From NCBI RefSeq assembly GCF_009914755.1, contig NC_060927.1: a stretch of 64,000 nucleotides of DNA, one strand, 5' to 3'. Made by a program: the position numbers and the translations under genes. The notes under the pieces are model-generated. The model was not told where the DNA came from. It did no database searches and was given only the letters and a program-made list of their open reading frames with translations. Shown piece by piece: positions 28,601 to 40,642 of this stretch. This DNA is from the human T2T-CHM13v2.0 reference genome, Homo sapiens. Numbering within the stretch: position 1 is the first letter of the stretch; each line of letters starts with the position of its first letter.

Positions 28601-30552
28601 GTTTTTTGGTTTATTTGTTTGTTTGTTTTGTTTTGGTTTTTTGTTTTTATTATACTTTAAGTTCTAGGGTACATGTGAACAACGTGCAGGTTTATTACAT
28701 ATGTATACATGTGCTGTGTTGGTCTGCTGCACCCATTAACTTGTCATTTACATTAGGTATTTCTCCTAATGCTATCACTTCCTCTGCCCCCCATCCCATG
28801 ACAGGCCCCAGTGTGTGATGTTCCCTGCCCTGTGTCCAGGTGTTCTCATTGTTCAATTCCCACCTATGAGTGAGAACATGCGGTGTTTGGTTTTCTGTCC
28901 TTGCGATAGTTTGCTCAGAATGATGGTTTCCAGCTTCATCCATGTCCCTACAAAAGACATGAACTCATCCTGTTTTATGGCTGCATAGTATTCCATCGTG
29001 TATATGTGCCACATTTTCTTAGTCCAGTCTATCATTGATGGACATTTGGATTGGTTCCAAGTCTTTGCTATTGTGAATAGTGTCAGAGTAAACATACGTG
29101 TGCATGTGTCTTTATAGTAGCATGTTTTATAATCTTTTGGTTATACACTCAGTAACGGGATTGCTGGGTCAAATGGTATTTCTAGTTCTAGATCCTTGAG
29201 GAATCGCCACACTGTCTTCCACAATGGTTGAACTAGTTTACACTCCCACCAACAGTGCAAAAACATTCCTATTTCTCCACATCCTCTCCAGCACCTGTTG
29301 TTTCCTGACTTTTTAATGATCACCATTCTAACTGGTGTGAGATGATATCTCATTGTGGTTTTGATTTGCATTTCTCTAATGACCAGTGATGATGAGCATT
29401 TTTTCATGTGTCTGTTGGCTGCATAAATGTCTTCTTTTGAGAAGTGTCTGTTCATATCCTTTACCCACTTTTTGATGGGGTTGTTTAATTTTTTCTTGTA
29501 AATTTGTTTAAGTTCTTTGTAGATTCTGGATATTAGCCCTTTGTCAGATGGGTAGATTGCAAAAATTTTCTCCCATTCTGTAGGTTGCCTGTTCACTATG
29601 ATGGAAGTTTATTTTTCTGTGCAGAAGCTCTTTAGTTTAATTAGATCCCATTTGTCTATTTTGACTTTGTTGCCATTGCTTTTGGTGTTTTAGTCACGAA
29701 GTCCTTGCCCATGCCTATGTCCTGAATGGTATTGCCTAGGTTTTCTTCCAGGGCTTTTATGGTTTTAGGTCTAACATTTAAGTCTTTAATCCATTTTGAA
29801 TTAATTTTTGTATGAGGTGTAAGGAAGGGATCAAGTTTCAGCTTTCTACATATGGCTAGCCAGTTTTCCCAGCACCATTTATTAAATAGGGAATCCTTTC
29901 CCCATTTCTTGTTTTTGTCAGGTTTGTGAAAGATCAGATGGTTGTAGATGTGTAGTGTTGATGTGTAGTGTTATTTCTGAGGCTTCTATTCTGTTCCATT
30001 GGTCTATATCTCTGTTTTGGTATGAGTACCATGTTGTTTTGGTTACTGCAGCCTTGTAGTATAGTTTGAAGTCAGGTAGCGAGATGCCTCTAGCTTTGTT
30101 CCTTTTGCTTAGGATTGCCTTGGCAATGTGGGCTATTTTTTGATTCCATATGAACTTTAGAGTAGTCTTTTCCAATTCTGTGAAGAAAGTCATTGGTAGT
30201 TTGATGGGAATGGCATTGAATCTATAAATTACCTTGGGCAGTATGGCCATTTTCACGATATTGATTCTTCCTATCCATGAGTATGGAATGTCTTCCATTT
30301 GTTTGTATCCTCTTTTAATTCACTGAGCAGTTGTTTGTAGTTCTCCTTGAAGAGGTCCTTCACTTCCTTTGTAAGTTGGATTCGTAGGCATTTTATTCTC
30401 TTACTGGCAATTGTGAATGGGAGTTCACTCATGATTTGGCTCCCTGTTTGTCTGTTATTTGTGTATAAGAATGCTTGTGATTTTTGCACATTGATTTTGT
30501 ATCCTGAGACTTTGCTGAAGTTGCTTATCAGCTTAATGAGATTTTGGGCTAA
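28601..30552 (-). mobile_element. L1PA (PA5/6-like), 5'-truncated, about 1.9 kb with disrupted ORF2
   Basis: ORF2 fragments ([12 protein letters not shown]..., [22 protein letters not shown]..., [13 protein letters not shown]...) with stops and frameshifts; 3'UTR; (aaac)-type tail echoed at the right flank (tgtttgtttgtttt, probable TSD); internal 13-bp tandem duplication at 29947-29972. Confidence 0.97.
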
Positions 30553-32373
30553 GTGTTTGTTTGTTTTTAAAATATGAATTATTGTGTGGTTTGCCTGTTG
30601 GTCAAATTAACTGTATTATAGTCATTTCCACTTCATTTGGGGTTTTATGGAAATAGTCTCATGCTGCAGGATGGATTGACTGCTGTCAGAATATAAAGTT
30701 GAAGGGAGAAACTTAAAGGGAAAGAACAACAGGGCTTGAGTTTAAACAGCTTTCATAGTCAAGGGGCTGCGATCTTGCCATCTTGGCCTTGTCTTTGCTC
30801 TTTACTCACCACATCAAATGATATGGTGGCAAAAGTACTGATTGTGGAGGATGATGAGCCTAAGCAAGTCCCTGCTGTCACTTAGTAGTCAGGTGACCCA
30901 AGGCTATTTGCCTAATCTCTTAGTGACTTAGTGATTGTATTTCTGAAGATATAGAACCTATAGGATATTGGTAGAATTCACATTTACGGTGGCCATGACC
31001 AGTGGATTGTCATGCCTATGGTTTCTGGGCACACAGAGGCACCAAATAGTTATCATTATATATTTACACAATAAATATTTACTTGTTGATATTATCACTC
31101 CCCAAGAGTCTGCCTTGGTGAGAGAGCAGTTGGTAACAAGGAACTGAACCTACTCTAGCATGCTTAAGAAATTTATTGCAAATAAAAACACAGACACTGC
31201 AGGCAATCTCTCACATATCCACGGGTCAGCAATAAGAGCTTGGCCACATAAGGACTAGAGTTGGAAATTTAGAACTCAAAATCACTCTCTTTGCGCATAA
31301 ACAGCTTCACTGGGCTTCTCTCCATCTCTTGGGGACTGGCTAGTGCTTCTTATGTTCTTACAGCTGCAGCCCACAATTGCACATAACCTCAGGGGATGTC
31401 TTTTGGACCTCTCCTCAGGATGGGATGATTGGCTCAGGTTGTTCATATATTCCTTTCTCTTGGGTTAGATGTTCACCCTTATCTAGGTGTCTTCGGTTGA
31501 GCTGGGATCATAGAGCACATTGAGCTGCCACTGCCAAAATCAGTGGGAGAGAACTGATTCCTTGAGAAGGTAGCATGGACGAAGCAAAGAAACCAACTGA
31601 CGCATCCACAGCATACACCAATGGCCTTCAAATATTTTGGACCCCAACTCCATAAGAAGCACATTTTATATCACAATCTATCACTTACCACCCACCCCTT
31701 CATGAAACAAACAAGTGTTTTTAAAAGCAACACTAAACTGCGATGATTGCTGATATACACTAATTTTTTTATGTTTTATTAAGCCTGTGTGTTTTTAATG
31801 CTGGCCACAACCAATTTATTTGATTTTACAACTTGCTAAATAAGCTGTAACCCATATTTGGAAAAACACTGACATAGACCAGGAAATAGCCATCTAATTG
31901 ATCTTGCCCTTCTAATCCATTCTGTAAACTCTTGCTAGATTAACCTTCCTTGAAGCCCAGATCCAATGAAACCATCAGAGTTTCCCCAGTCCCTATGGAA
32001 CTGATTAACCTTAAGTGCCTTAGCTCACTGTGACCTCTGTACCCTGGCTTCATCACCCCTTTCCAGCGTTATGTCCTTGATGCAAAATCTATACTCCCTT
32101 TAACTAAATCTACTATATATTTTCCTGTCTTTGTACCTTTGCTTTCAAGACAGGAACACTCTCCCAGATCTTGCTTCTTCTAAATCTTGCTTCCCTTTCA
32201 AGACTCAACTTTGATTATACCTCCTGAATCATCTTCTTTAAGTTTCTCCATCAGATATGGCTTCTGCCTCTTCTGAAACCACTTCCTTTGTAATTCTCTT
32301 GAAGTAATTCTCATTGTCCAACCAGTATCAGAAATGCATTATAACCGCATAGATACTCGCTTACTGCCCCATT

Positions 32374-32544
32374 TAGGATTGTTGGACTTAGGTGGAGAGA
32401 AAACAGGACACCTAGTTAAATTTGAATTTCAGATAAATAATAAATAACTTTTTTAGTATAGGTATAATCCCAAGTGTTGCATGGAATATTCTTATCTGTT
32501 ATTCAAATTTAACTAGGCATTCTGTAGTTTATCTGGCAACCCTA
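32374..32544. mobile_element. MER53 palindromic hAT MITE
   Basis: tagga...ctagttaaatttgaa...ttcaaatttaactag...ctggcaacccta; 8-bp TSD gccccatt/gccccaaa. Confidence 0.85.
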
Positions 32545-32859
32545 GCCCCAAAGGATTGTGATTTCATGAAGTTAGGTACGAATGATGTCTGACTCACCTT
32601 TTTATCTGCCATTCAGGAATGAAATTGACCTTCACACCCCTGATAAAAAGTAGATTATCCTTTGATGTTCTTACTGTTTCCCTGACTGATATTAGAACTT
32701 TCTCATGTATTGATTCAAACAAGCTTTTAAACTTGTCACCAAATTACCCCAACAGTAGAAAAGATATTGTAATACTTCTGGTTGGAGTTGTATGATGGTG
32801 AGGAATGATTCATTTATCTCAAGCATGAGGCTCGGCTGAAGTCTGTGTTTTACCTTAAA

Positions 32860-32864
32860 CACAC

Positions 32865-32926
<62 letters not shown>
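32860..32926 (+). repeat. Compound (CA)n(CT)n(CA)n microsatellite
   Basis: Read directly from the sequence. Confidence 0.95.
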
Positions 32927-33570
32927 GTCTATAATAGCCCTGTTTTTAATTAAAAAGTGTCTTAAATTGCTCACCAAGGAATAAAACTTGATGCTCAAAA
33001 AAAAAAAAAAGGAAAAAAATCAAAAGGGCCCTTTTTGCTCTGCAACTTTGCATAACTGCAGCACACTATTGCTCATCTCTGGAGAGATCCCAGTAGAAGA
33101 AGTACCAGGTAAGTTGGTTTGTGTCATAGTTCAGTGATGGAACAGCCTCGGGGTAGCTCAGGCAAAAGATGGGGCCAGGGGTAGTCCCAGTCACAGCAAT
33201 TGTGTCTCTGGGTAAGTAAAGCCAGTGCATGGTTTTTCAAACCCAGTTCATCAGGAGACTTGCCTGTACAATTAACAAATGCCTTCAGCAATTCTTCCCA
33301 TTTGGCAAGTTAGAGGAACAGCTAAAGGGCACAGGCTTTGTAATCAGGGCTGGATCCCTTTCTTGACTCTGCTGTTTACTGGATAGCTGGGTGGTTATGC
33401 CACTTTAATTCTGATTTACCATTCTGAACCTCAATTTTCAGTAAAAGGGTTATAAGAATAGTTAGAAGAGTTTTTGTTTGTTTGTTTGTTTGTTTGTTTT
33501 TTGCAAAAAAGCTACAACTGAGAGATGCTCAGACCCCCACAGGCTTTCTGTGATTCTGCTTGTTCTAGGA

Positions 33571-33749
33571 CAGAAGTTCTCAAAATGTGGTGCCCCAACC
33601 AGGGTTATCAGCATCACCTGGGAACCGAATAGAGATGCAAATTCTTGAGCCACATCCCAGGCCTACTTTTAGAAACTCTGGAGGCGGGCTCACCTTAGTC
33701 CTACAAGCACTCCTGGTGATTTCAATGCACTCATCTTTGAGAACCACTG
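33571..33749. mobile_element. MER5A hAT MITE
   Basis: cagaagttctcaaaatgtggt...catcacctggga...gatgcaaattct...ttgagaaccactg; TSD-like ttctagga/ttctgggg. Confidence 0.85.
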
Positions 33750-33974
33750 TTCTGGGGTGTTCTGATTTAGGTGATTTTAATTCAAATTATCACTTGTAAA
33801 TTATTGCTATTTCTACATCTTTGAGGGATCGATTGAATGGACAAAGCTAAGTCAAGATTTTAAAATAAAAGGACATCTTGTTGATTGTAAGCAACTATCT
33901 GAATTCAAATGTCTTTACCTACTGGAACAAGGGAGTAGGATATTTAAAATAGTCTGCTAGGAAACAGCCCTTTG

Positions 33975-34520
33975 AGTCATTTATTCATATATTCATTTAT
34001 TCAAATACTTGTATCCAGGGTGATCCAGGAACTGTGCTGGATGCTGGGCAACAGTTGGGAAAAATGAGAATCGAAGAGCAAAATAAAGCTGGTCGTGGTC
34101 CCTGTCCTCAAGGAACAGACGGCCTAGTGGGGAAGAGAGACGTTTATCAAAAATCCACAGCCATATACAAACTTTCAACCAAGATGAGCTAAGGAGAGAC
34201 AAAGTATGAAGAGTGGCTGTAACAGAGGGTGAAACCCATAAAGGGAGGATCTCACTGTCATTTCCCTGAGGATGTGTCACTTGAGTGAGCTGTGAAGGAT
34301 AAACAGGAACTAGGTTCCTGCAAGAAAGGAAAGAAGGTCATAATATAGAGAGGCACTAACTGCTGCTAAACCCCATAAGAGCAGTGAGTGTGGATGGAGA
34401 GAAAGAAGCAGGGGATGGATGGATTGAAATCCAAATTACCTGGCAAGCTGTGGCCAGACCATATTAGTGATAAAGGCCAAGATTAGATGCTGTGCCTTAT
34501 CCTCAAGAGCAGTGGGAAAC
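33975..34520 (-). mobile_element. L2 3' fragment
   Basis: ttcatttattcaaatacttg...tgctggatgctggg...gtccctgtcctcaagga. Confidence 0.65.
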
Positions 34521-34740
34521 ACTTTTGTTTGTTCACACTTAAACCCACAGATTGAGTACTTACTGTGTGAGAGCCCTGTGTCTCTTCTCTATGTCTCAAC
34601 TGGGGTTGCTTTTGTCCCACTCCCTGCAGGGGATGTTTGGCAACCTTTGGGGATACTTTTTGGTTGTTATATATTGGGGTGAGAGTGAATTGACATCTAC
34701 TGGGTAGAGTCCCAAATGCTGTTAAATATCCTTCAATGAA

Positions 34741-35010
34741 GGCTGGGTGTGGTGGCTCATGCCTCTAATCCCAGCATTTTGGGAGGCTGAGGTGGGAGGA
34801 TTGCTTGAGGCTGGTCAACATAGTGAGACCTTGTCTCTATAAAAAATTAAAAAATTAGCCTGGTGTGATGGCACATGCCTGTAGTACTAGCCACTCAGGA
34901 GGCTTAGGTGGTAGGATTACTTGAGCATAGGAGGGTCAAGGCTGCAGTGAGCTGTGATCATGCCACTGTACTCCAGCCTTGGTGACAGAGTGAGACTCTG
35001 TCTTAAACAA
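34741..35010 (+). mobile_element. AluJ
   Basis: ggctgggtgtggtggctcatgcc...ggtcaaggctgcagtgagctgtgatc (J-type diagnostics). Confidence 0.9.
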
Positions 35011-35072
35011 GTATGTGTATATGTATATGCAATGCACAACACAGTCATTCACAACAAAAAATTATCCAGCCT

Positions 35073-35435
35073 TGATATGGTTTGGCTCTGTCTCCCTACC
35101 CAAATCTCATCTTGAACTGTACTCCCCACTTGTCGAGGGAGGGTCCTGGTGAGAGGTGATTGGATCATGGAGGTGGTTCCCTCATGCTGTTCTTGTAATA
35201 GTGAGGGAGTTCTCACGAAATCTCATGGTTTAAATGTGGCAGTTTCCCCTGCACTCAATCCTTCTCCTGCGCCATGTAAGACGTGCCTTACTTCCCCTTT
35301 GCCTTCTGCCACGACTGTAAGTTTCCTGGGGCCTCTCCAGCCATATGGAACTGTGAGTCAATTAAACCTCTTCTGTCTATAAATTACCCAGTCTCAGGTA
35401 GTATCTTTACAGCAGTGTGAAAACGGACTAATGTA
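35073..35435 (+). mobile_element. THE1D/MSTA MaLR solo LTR
   Basis: tgatatggtttggctctgt...gtgtgaaaacggactaatgta; TSD agcct/ggccc. Confidence 0.9.
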
Positions 35436-35759
35436 GGCCCAAAATGTCAGTATGCTGAGGCTGAGAAACCCTGGGCTAGGTGAAGAAAATATATGTGTGT
35501 CTATTTTTTGAAGACCCCACCCAAGAAAGAAATTCCCCCAAAGAGAAAACCACTGTGCTATTAAAAAAGCAAAACTTACTGAATCAGTGTTGTTTTTCTT
35601 TTTCTAAAAGACAGTCAAATTCTGGCTAACAAAGAATTTGGCCTTAATAAAACACACACACACACACAAATACACACAGAGTGGCTCTAACATTCAAGTC
35701 TACATTTTCCTATTCTATAACTGATAGGGGAGAATTCAACACAGATCTGATAAAGTATG

Positions 35760-36410
35760 TATGATGGTTAATATTAAGTGTCAACTTGATTGGATTGAAG
35801 GATGCAAAGTATTGTTCCTGGGTGTGTCTGTGAGGGTGTTGCCAAAGGAGATTAACATTTGTGTCAGTGGACTGGGAAAGGCAGACCCATGCTCAATCTG
35901 GATGGGCACCATCTGATCAGCTGCCAGCGTGGCTAGGATTAAAGCAGGCAGAGGAATGTGGAAGAACTAGACTGGCTAAGTCTTCTGGCCTTTATCATTC
36001 TCCCATGCTGGATGCTTCCTGTCTTTGAACATCGGATTCCAAGTTCTTCAGCTTTTGGATTCTTGGACTTACATCAGTGATTTGCCAAGGTCTCTCAAAC
36101 CTTTGGCCACAGATGAAGGCTGCACTATTGCCTTCCCTTTCAAGACTCAACTTTGATTATACCTTCTGAATCATCTTCTTTAAGTTTCTCAATCAGATAT
36201 GGCTTGTGCCTCTTCTGAAACCACTTCCTTTGTAAACCCAAACTTTTGCGGTTTTGGGACTAGGACTGGCTTCCTGGCTCCTCAGCTTACAGATGGCCTA
36301 TTGTGGGACTTCATCTAGTGATCATGTGAATCAATTCTCCTAAAAAACTCCTCCTCAAATATACATCTATCCTATTAGTTCTATCCTTCTAGAGAACCCT
36401 GACTAATACA
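35760..36410 (+). mobile_element. MLT2A1 (HERV-L) solo LTR carrying a ~110-bp foreign insert
   Basis: gatggttaatattaagtgtcaacttgattggattgaaggatgcaaagtattgttcctggg...gagaaccctgactaataca; TSD gtatg/gtgtg. Confidence 0.92.
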
Positions 36411-37106
36411 GTGTGTGACCCTGCTTCTGCAGGGAATTTGTTCCCTGAAAACCTATGCACACAAACATAAAAAGAATATGCTGGAGTTTGAGAGAAACAA
36501 AGAAAAAGCCCTTATGCATTTCCCTTATAGAAGAATTGCAGTTAGAAATAGTGATAGAAATAGTGTAGTAACTATTTTCTGGCAGGGAAAGACAGGAGGA
36601 TGGGGGATGGATTTGGAACATATTTGCACATTTCTTCTTACCAAGGCAGAGAGCAAGAGACAGCACCATGCGCCACAGAAGGGCTTTGCTGAGGTTGAGA
36701 GGGAGACAGTCACCTTGAACTCTTCAGTTTGTGTTAGGTGGAGATATTCAAATGCATAGTCACCAAGGAGGTCTCTATGCCATTCTGTTTTGTTTTAGTT
36801 CATTTGGCAGCTTGTTTCCTCACTGTGTTTACCCTCCCTTCCCTCTGATCACTGAGTGGACTCACCCACACATAATGGCCTTTGACCACGCCATAAAGAT
36901 ACACCAGCTTCCTCAGAACCTGGGAACAAACCCTCCAAAGAGCAAAGAGATTAAAGCACTAGAAGGAAGAGGTCATGGCAACCACCCACAGCAAGGATTT
37001 TTAAAGGCCCCCAGATGCACGTCTGCTTTTAGATTTTAGCATCTGTACAAGTTACTCATGCTAATATTTTGGCAGCTGCTGTTGCCTCTGCTGCTTGCAC
37101 AGTTGA

Positions 37107-37152
37107 AGCTGCAAGAAAGTGGCTCAGATAGCTGCAAGAAAGTGGCTTAGAT
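37107..37152 (+). repeat. 23-bp tandem duplication
   Basis: agctgcaagaaagtggct(c/t)agat occurs twice. Confidence 0.9.
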
Positions 37153-37165
37153 ATTGGACCACAAT

Positions 37166-37316
37166 TATTTCTTCTTCTTTTTTCCTTCCTTCTTTCTCCT
37201 TCCTTCCTTCCTTCCTTTCCTTCCCGCTCCCTCCCTCTCTCTTCCTTCCCTCCTTCCATCCTTCCTTCCTTCCTTCCTTCCTTCCTTCCTTCCTTCATTC
37301 CTTCTTTTTCTCTTTT
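37166..37316 (+). repeat. (TTCC)n / polypyrimidine tract
   Basis: About 150 nt that is almost purely C/T. Confidence 0.95.
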
Positions 37317-38972
37317 GCAGACAGCATTCTGGTGTGAGCCACAAAATAAATGCAATGGGAGTTCAAGAGTTCTTGGGTAAGAGAGATCCTGAAATGATCA
37401 AGGACATCTTCTTGGAGGAGGGGAATTTTTCACATCTTAATATCAGATGAAATCTGGATTGGCCTTTGCTGTTCCCCTTTGACAATTAAGCACCCAGATT
37501 GCAAGAGAGAGGCTGTATTGTTTTTGTCAATGTACTCCTTCATCGCTTTGTGGAGAGTTTATTTTCCCAACCTCCATTTGGAAAGAAGACTCTAAAGAAG
37601 ACTTCTTTAGAGTATCTCCAGGGTCAGACACTTTAATTTCATCTTGAATATTGTGCTGCCACTTAGTTTTAATGGGGAACACCCTCCATCCTTGGCTGTT
37701 TGTTTGTTTGTTTAGGAGCTTGAAAAATATTTAGTTTATCAGGGATCAGAAATTCCAAAGAGAAACAATAACTTCCCCCAGTTCCTCTTTCTGAATGATA
37801 TCTTTCCTTCTTCCTTTAACAAACTCCACAACCCCAACCCTTTTCTACTTCTAATGTATGTCATGGTTAAGAGTGAAGATTGTCTGTGCCTCAGTTTCTT
37901 CAACTCCAAAATTGAAATAATACTCCATAATGGCTGCCTACTTCATAAAGCACCTCAAAATGGGGGCCTATGTGATAAAGGTATTATGTAGCAGTGTGCA
38001 GAACTATGTATGTTAAAGCCTTTAGAATAGTATTAAGCGCATAGTAGGGGGCTGGCACATGATAGCTATTATTTTATTAATACACAGAGACTTAAGGTAA
38101 AACCTGAACTAAACATGTCCATTCTGGGGGCTACCACAGCTTTTCCTAAGGTAAACCAGCCCACCTCTGCCCCTGATGGCTGTGGTGAGTTCTATAATGT
38201 GTGTTTTGTCTCTACCACTCCCCCTACAAGCCCCCCAATACACACACACACAATACCTAGAAGTGTATGGATCAGGGATGAGCATCTGACCCAGGGGCAG
38301 CTGGTCCCCTGGGCAGCTCTGACTGACAGGGACTGGCCAACAAACCCACAAACAAATAAACAAGGCTCTGTCCAAGTAAAGATGAGCTCAGGAAGTCAGA
38401 CTGTAGCTCCAGGGCTTTGAATTGGAAAGTATGAAGTCAGCCAGGCTGCTAAGAGTCCAAGGTGAAGTGGAAAGGTACTATTAAGAGGAGCTGGAGTCAT
38501 GGGGTCCATAAGTGTGTAGGAGAAGCTATGAGCACTGTATGCAGAAGTTGTGAGAAGCAGAAACCATGAGCAACAAGCTATGAGGTAGAGAAAAACATAG
38601 ATTAGTGGGCAGGGAAGCTGGCTGGCGGTAAGAGGAGAAGCACAAACATACAAAGAAGGAACAAAGAGTACCCAGGTCCCCTTTTGGGTGGAGCATAGGT
38701 GGGAATAACTGCCAAACCCACTGCCAAGCTCTCTTGTGTCATTTTGGCTTCTGCTCTTGACTCTCTGATGCCCATTCATACTTAGGTTTCTGTTCTGTGA
38801 TCCCTGTTTCCCTGAATAATCATAAACTTTCCTGTCTTAATTTGAGTATCTTCCTTGTGGACAAAAAGCTAAAGTAAAGCGAGCACCAAATATAAACGTA
38901 GTTTTGCATGCACTATTCTTTCCTTTATTCTTCGTTCATTTCTTCTTTGTTGCCTCTATTTTCCAAATGATG

Positions 38973-39008
38973 GGCCTTGTAAGAACAATGAGCCTTGTAA
39001 GAACAATG
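38973..39008 (+). repeat. 18-bp tandem duplication
   Basis: gccttgtaagaacaatg occurs twice. Confidence 0.9.
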
Positions 39009-39492
39009 TCGTAACTTGCACAGAGAACTCGCTTTGTGCGAGGTATGACAGTAACTGTATAGGTTCTTAGAATCCTGATACGCAGGGTCTTAAAAAAAAT
39101 AGGCATTTATTATTCAATGCTTTAGAGGAGACAGAGATAAATTTTAGAAGCAAGCAACTGTCATATTTTGTTTGTACCTTTATAATTTACAGATGTCAAA
39201 GTTTAGCTTTTGAGCAATATTTCTGAGTTTCTGACAATTGACAGTTTCTTTCTCTTGATTTTTAGTAAGAGAGAGAGCTTGGGCTCTGGAGTTCAGGAGA
39301 CCAGAGCTGAAATCCTGACTTCTCCAAATCGCTTAAACACTTTGAACTTGATACTTCCAGGGAAGAATGTCATGAGAATTAAATTAACAAAATTAAATAT
39401 CCTACCAGGTAGTTAACATTTAATATATACAAAATCTGTCCTCTCTTTCTTATAGAACATTTTGGGTTGCAAGCAATAGAAAGCAATTCCAG

Positions 39493-39768
39493 GCTGGCGA
39501 GGCAGGAGGATTGCTTGAGCCCAAGAGTTTGAGATCAGTGTATGCAACGTCGTGAGACCCCATCTCTACAAAAAATATAAAAATTAACCAGGCATGGTGG
39601 TATGCACCTATGGTCTCAGCTACTCAGGAAGCTGAGGCAGGAGAACTGCTTGAGCTTGGGAGGTCAAGTCTGCAGTGAACTGTGGTCACACCAATGCGCT
39701 CCAGGCTGGGCAACAGAGTGAGACCCTGTCTCAAAAATATAAAAATTAGAAAGAAAGAGAGAAAGAAA

Positions 39769-39799
<31 letters not shown>

Positions 39800-39857
39800 A
39801 AGAAAGAAAGAAAGGAAGGAAGGAAGGAAGAAAGAAAGAAGGAAAGAAAGAAAAGCA
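39493..39857 (+). mobile_element. 5'-truncated AluJ with a (GAAA/GGAA)n expanded tail
   Basis: gaggcaggaggattgcttgagccc...gagaccctgtctc; TSD aagcaattccag on both sides. Confidence 0.9.
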
Positions 39858-40042
39858 AGCAATTCCAGTGATCTTAAACACAGTGGGAAATACATTGTAC
39901 AGGTACAGGGACAAATTCTAGGACTCAAAGGAAGAAATGCAACCAGGTTTATGAGGGATTTGAACTGCTGAAAACCCAACAACAGCATGGGTAGTATTTT
40001 CTTAACTTAATGTTTATAATACTTAAACGTAATTATAAAAAA

Positions 40043-40642
40043 CCCGGCCCTGGACCCTACAGCCACTGAGATGTTGGTGCCTAAGAAGAACCACATTGTC
40101 ATTTATGAACTCCTTTTTAAGGAAGGAGTCGTGGTGGCCAAGAAGGATGTCCACATGCCTAAGCACCTGGAGCTGGCAGACAAGAATGTGCCCAACCTTC
40201 ATGTCATGAAGGCCATGCAGTCTCTCAAGTCCCGAGGCTACAACACAGAACATTTTGCCTGGAGGCATTTCTACTGGTACCTTACCAATGAGGGTATCCA
40301 GTATCTCCATGATTACCTTCATCTGCCCCTGGAGACTGTGCCTGTTACTCTATGCTGCAGCCATCCAGAGAATGGCAGGCCTCAGCCTAAAGGTCTGGAG
40401 GGTGAGCGACCTGTAAGACTCACAAGAGGGGAAGCCGACAGCTTCCTGTGCCATAGCATTCCTACAGACGGAGTGCTGTGCCCCCTGGTGCCGATGAGAA
40501 AGCTGAGGCTGGGGCTGGGTCAGCAACCAAATTCCAGTTTAGAGGCAGATTTGGTCATGGATGTGGTCAGCTACCTCAGTAAAATCAGAGAGGATTATTT
40601 TGCATTGAATAAACTTACAGGCAAAAAAAAACTTAAAAAAAA
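40043..40642 (+). pseudogene. RPS10P: Processed pseudogene of 40S ribosomal protein S10 (eS10)
   Basis: Intronless; carries part of the RPS10 5'UTR (cccggccctggaccct). ORF from 40071 reads [32 protein letters not shown]...[18 protein letters not shown], matching RPS10. Frameshift at about 40442-40460; native stop at 40580-40582; AATAAA at 40608-40613; A-tail remnant. Many R>H/C/Q changes typical of CpG decay. The pseudogene number cannot be determined from sequence alone. Confidence 0.97.

Larger units (their letters stand above)
34590..35473. mobile_element. MER20 hAT MITE interrupted by an AluJ and a THE1D/MSTA LTR
   Basis: tctcaactgggg...tttggcaacc...gacatctactgggtagag...; resumes acaacaaaaaattatccagcc and ggcccaaaatgtcagtatgctgaggctgagaaaccctg. 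Confidence 0.75.

Noticed and set aside
28853-30489. ORFs of 72-151 aa with reverse-transcriptase-protein (ORF2) similarity
   Set aside because: Fragments of a 5'-truncated L1PA ORF2 with stops and frameshifts; not a functional gene or a novel RT system.
37056-39988. Low-complexity ORFs (PSFL, KEGR and ERKK repeats)
   Set aside because: Translations of (TTCC)n and (GAAA)n microsatellites.
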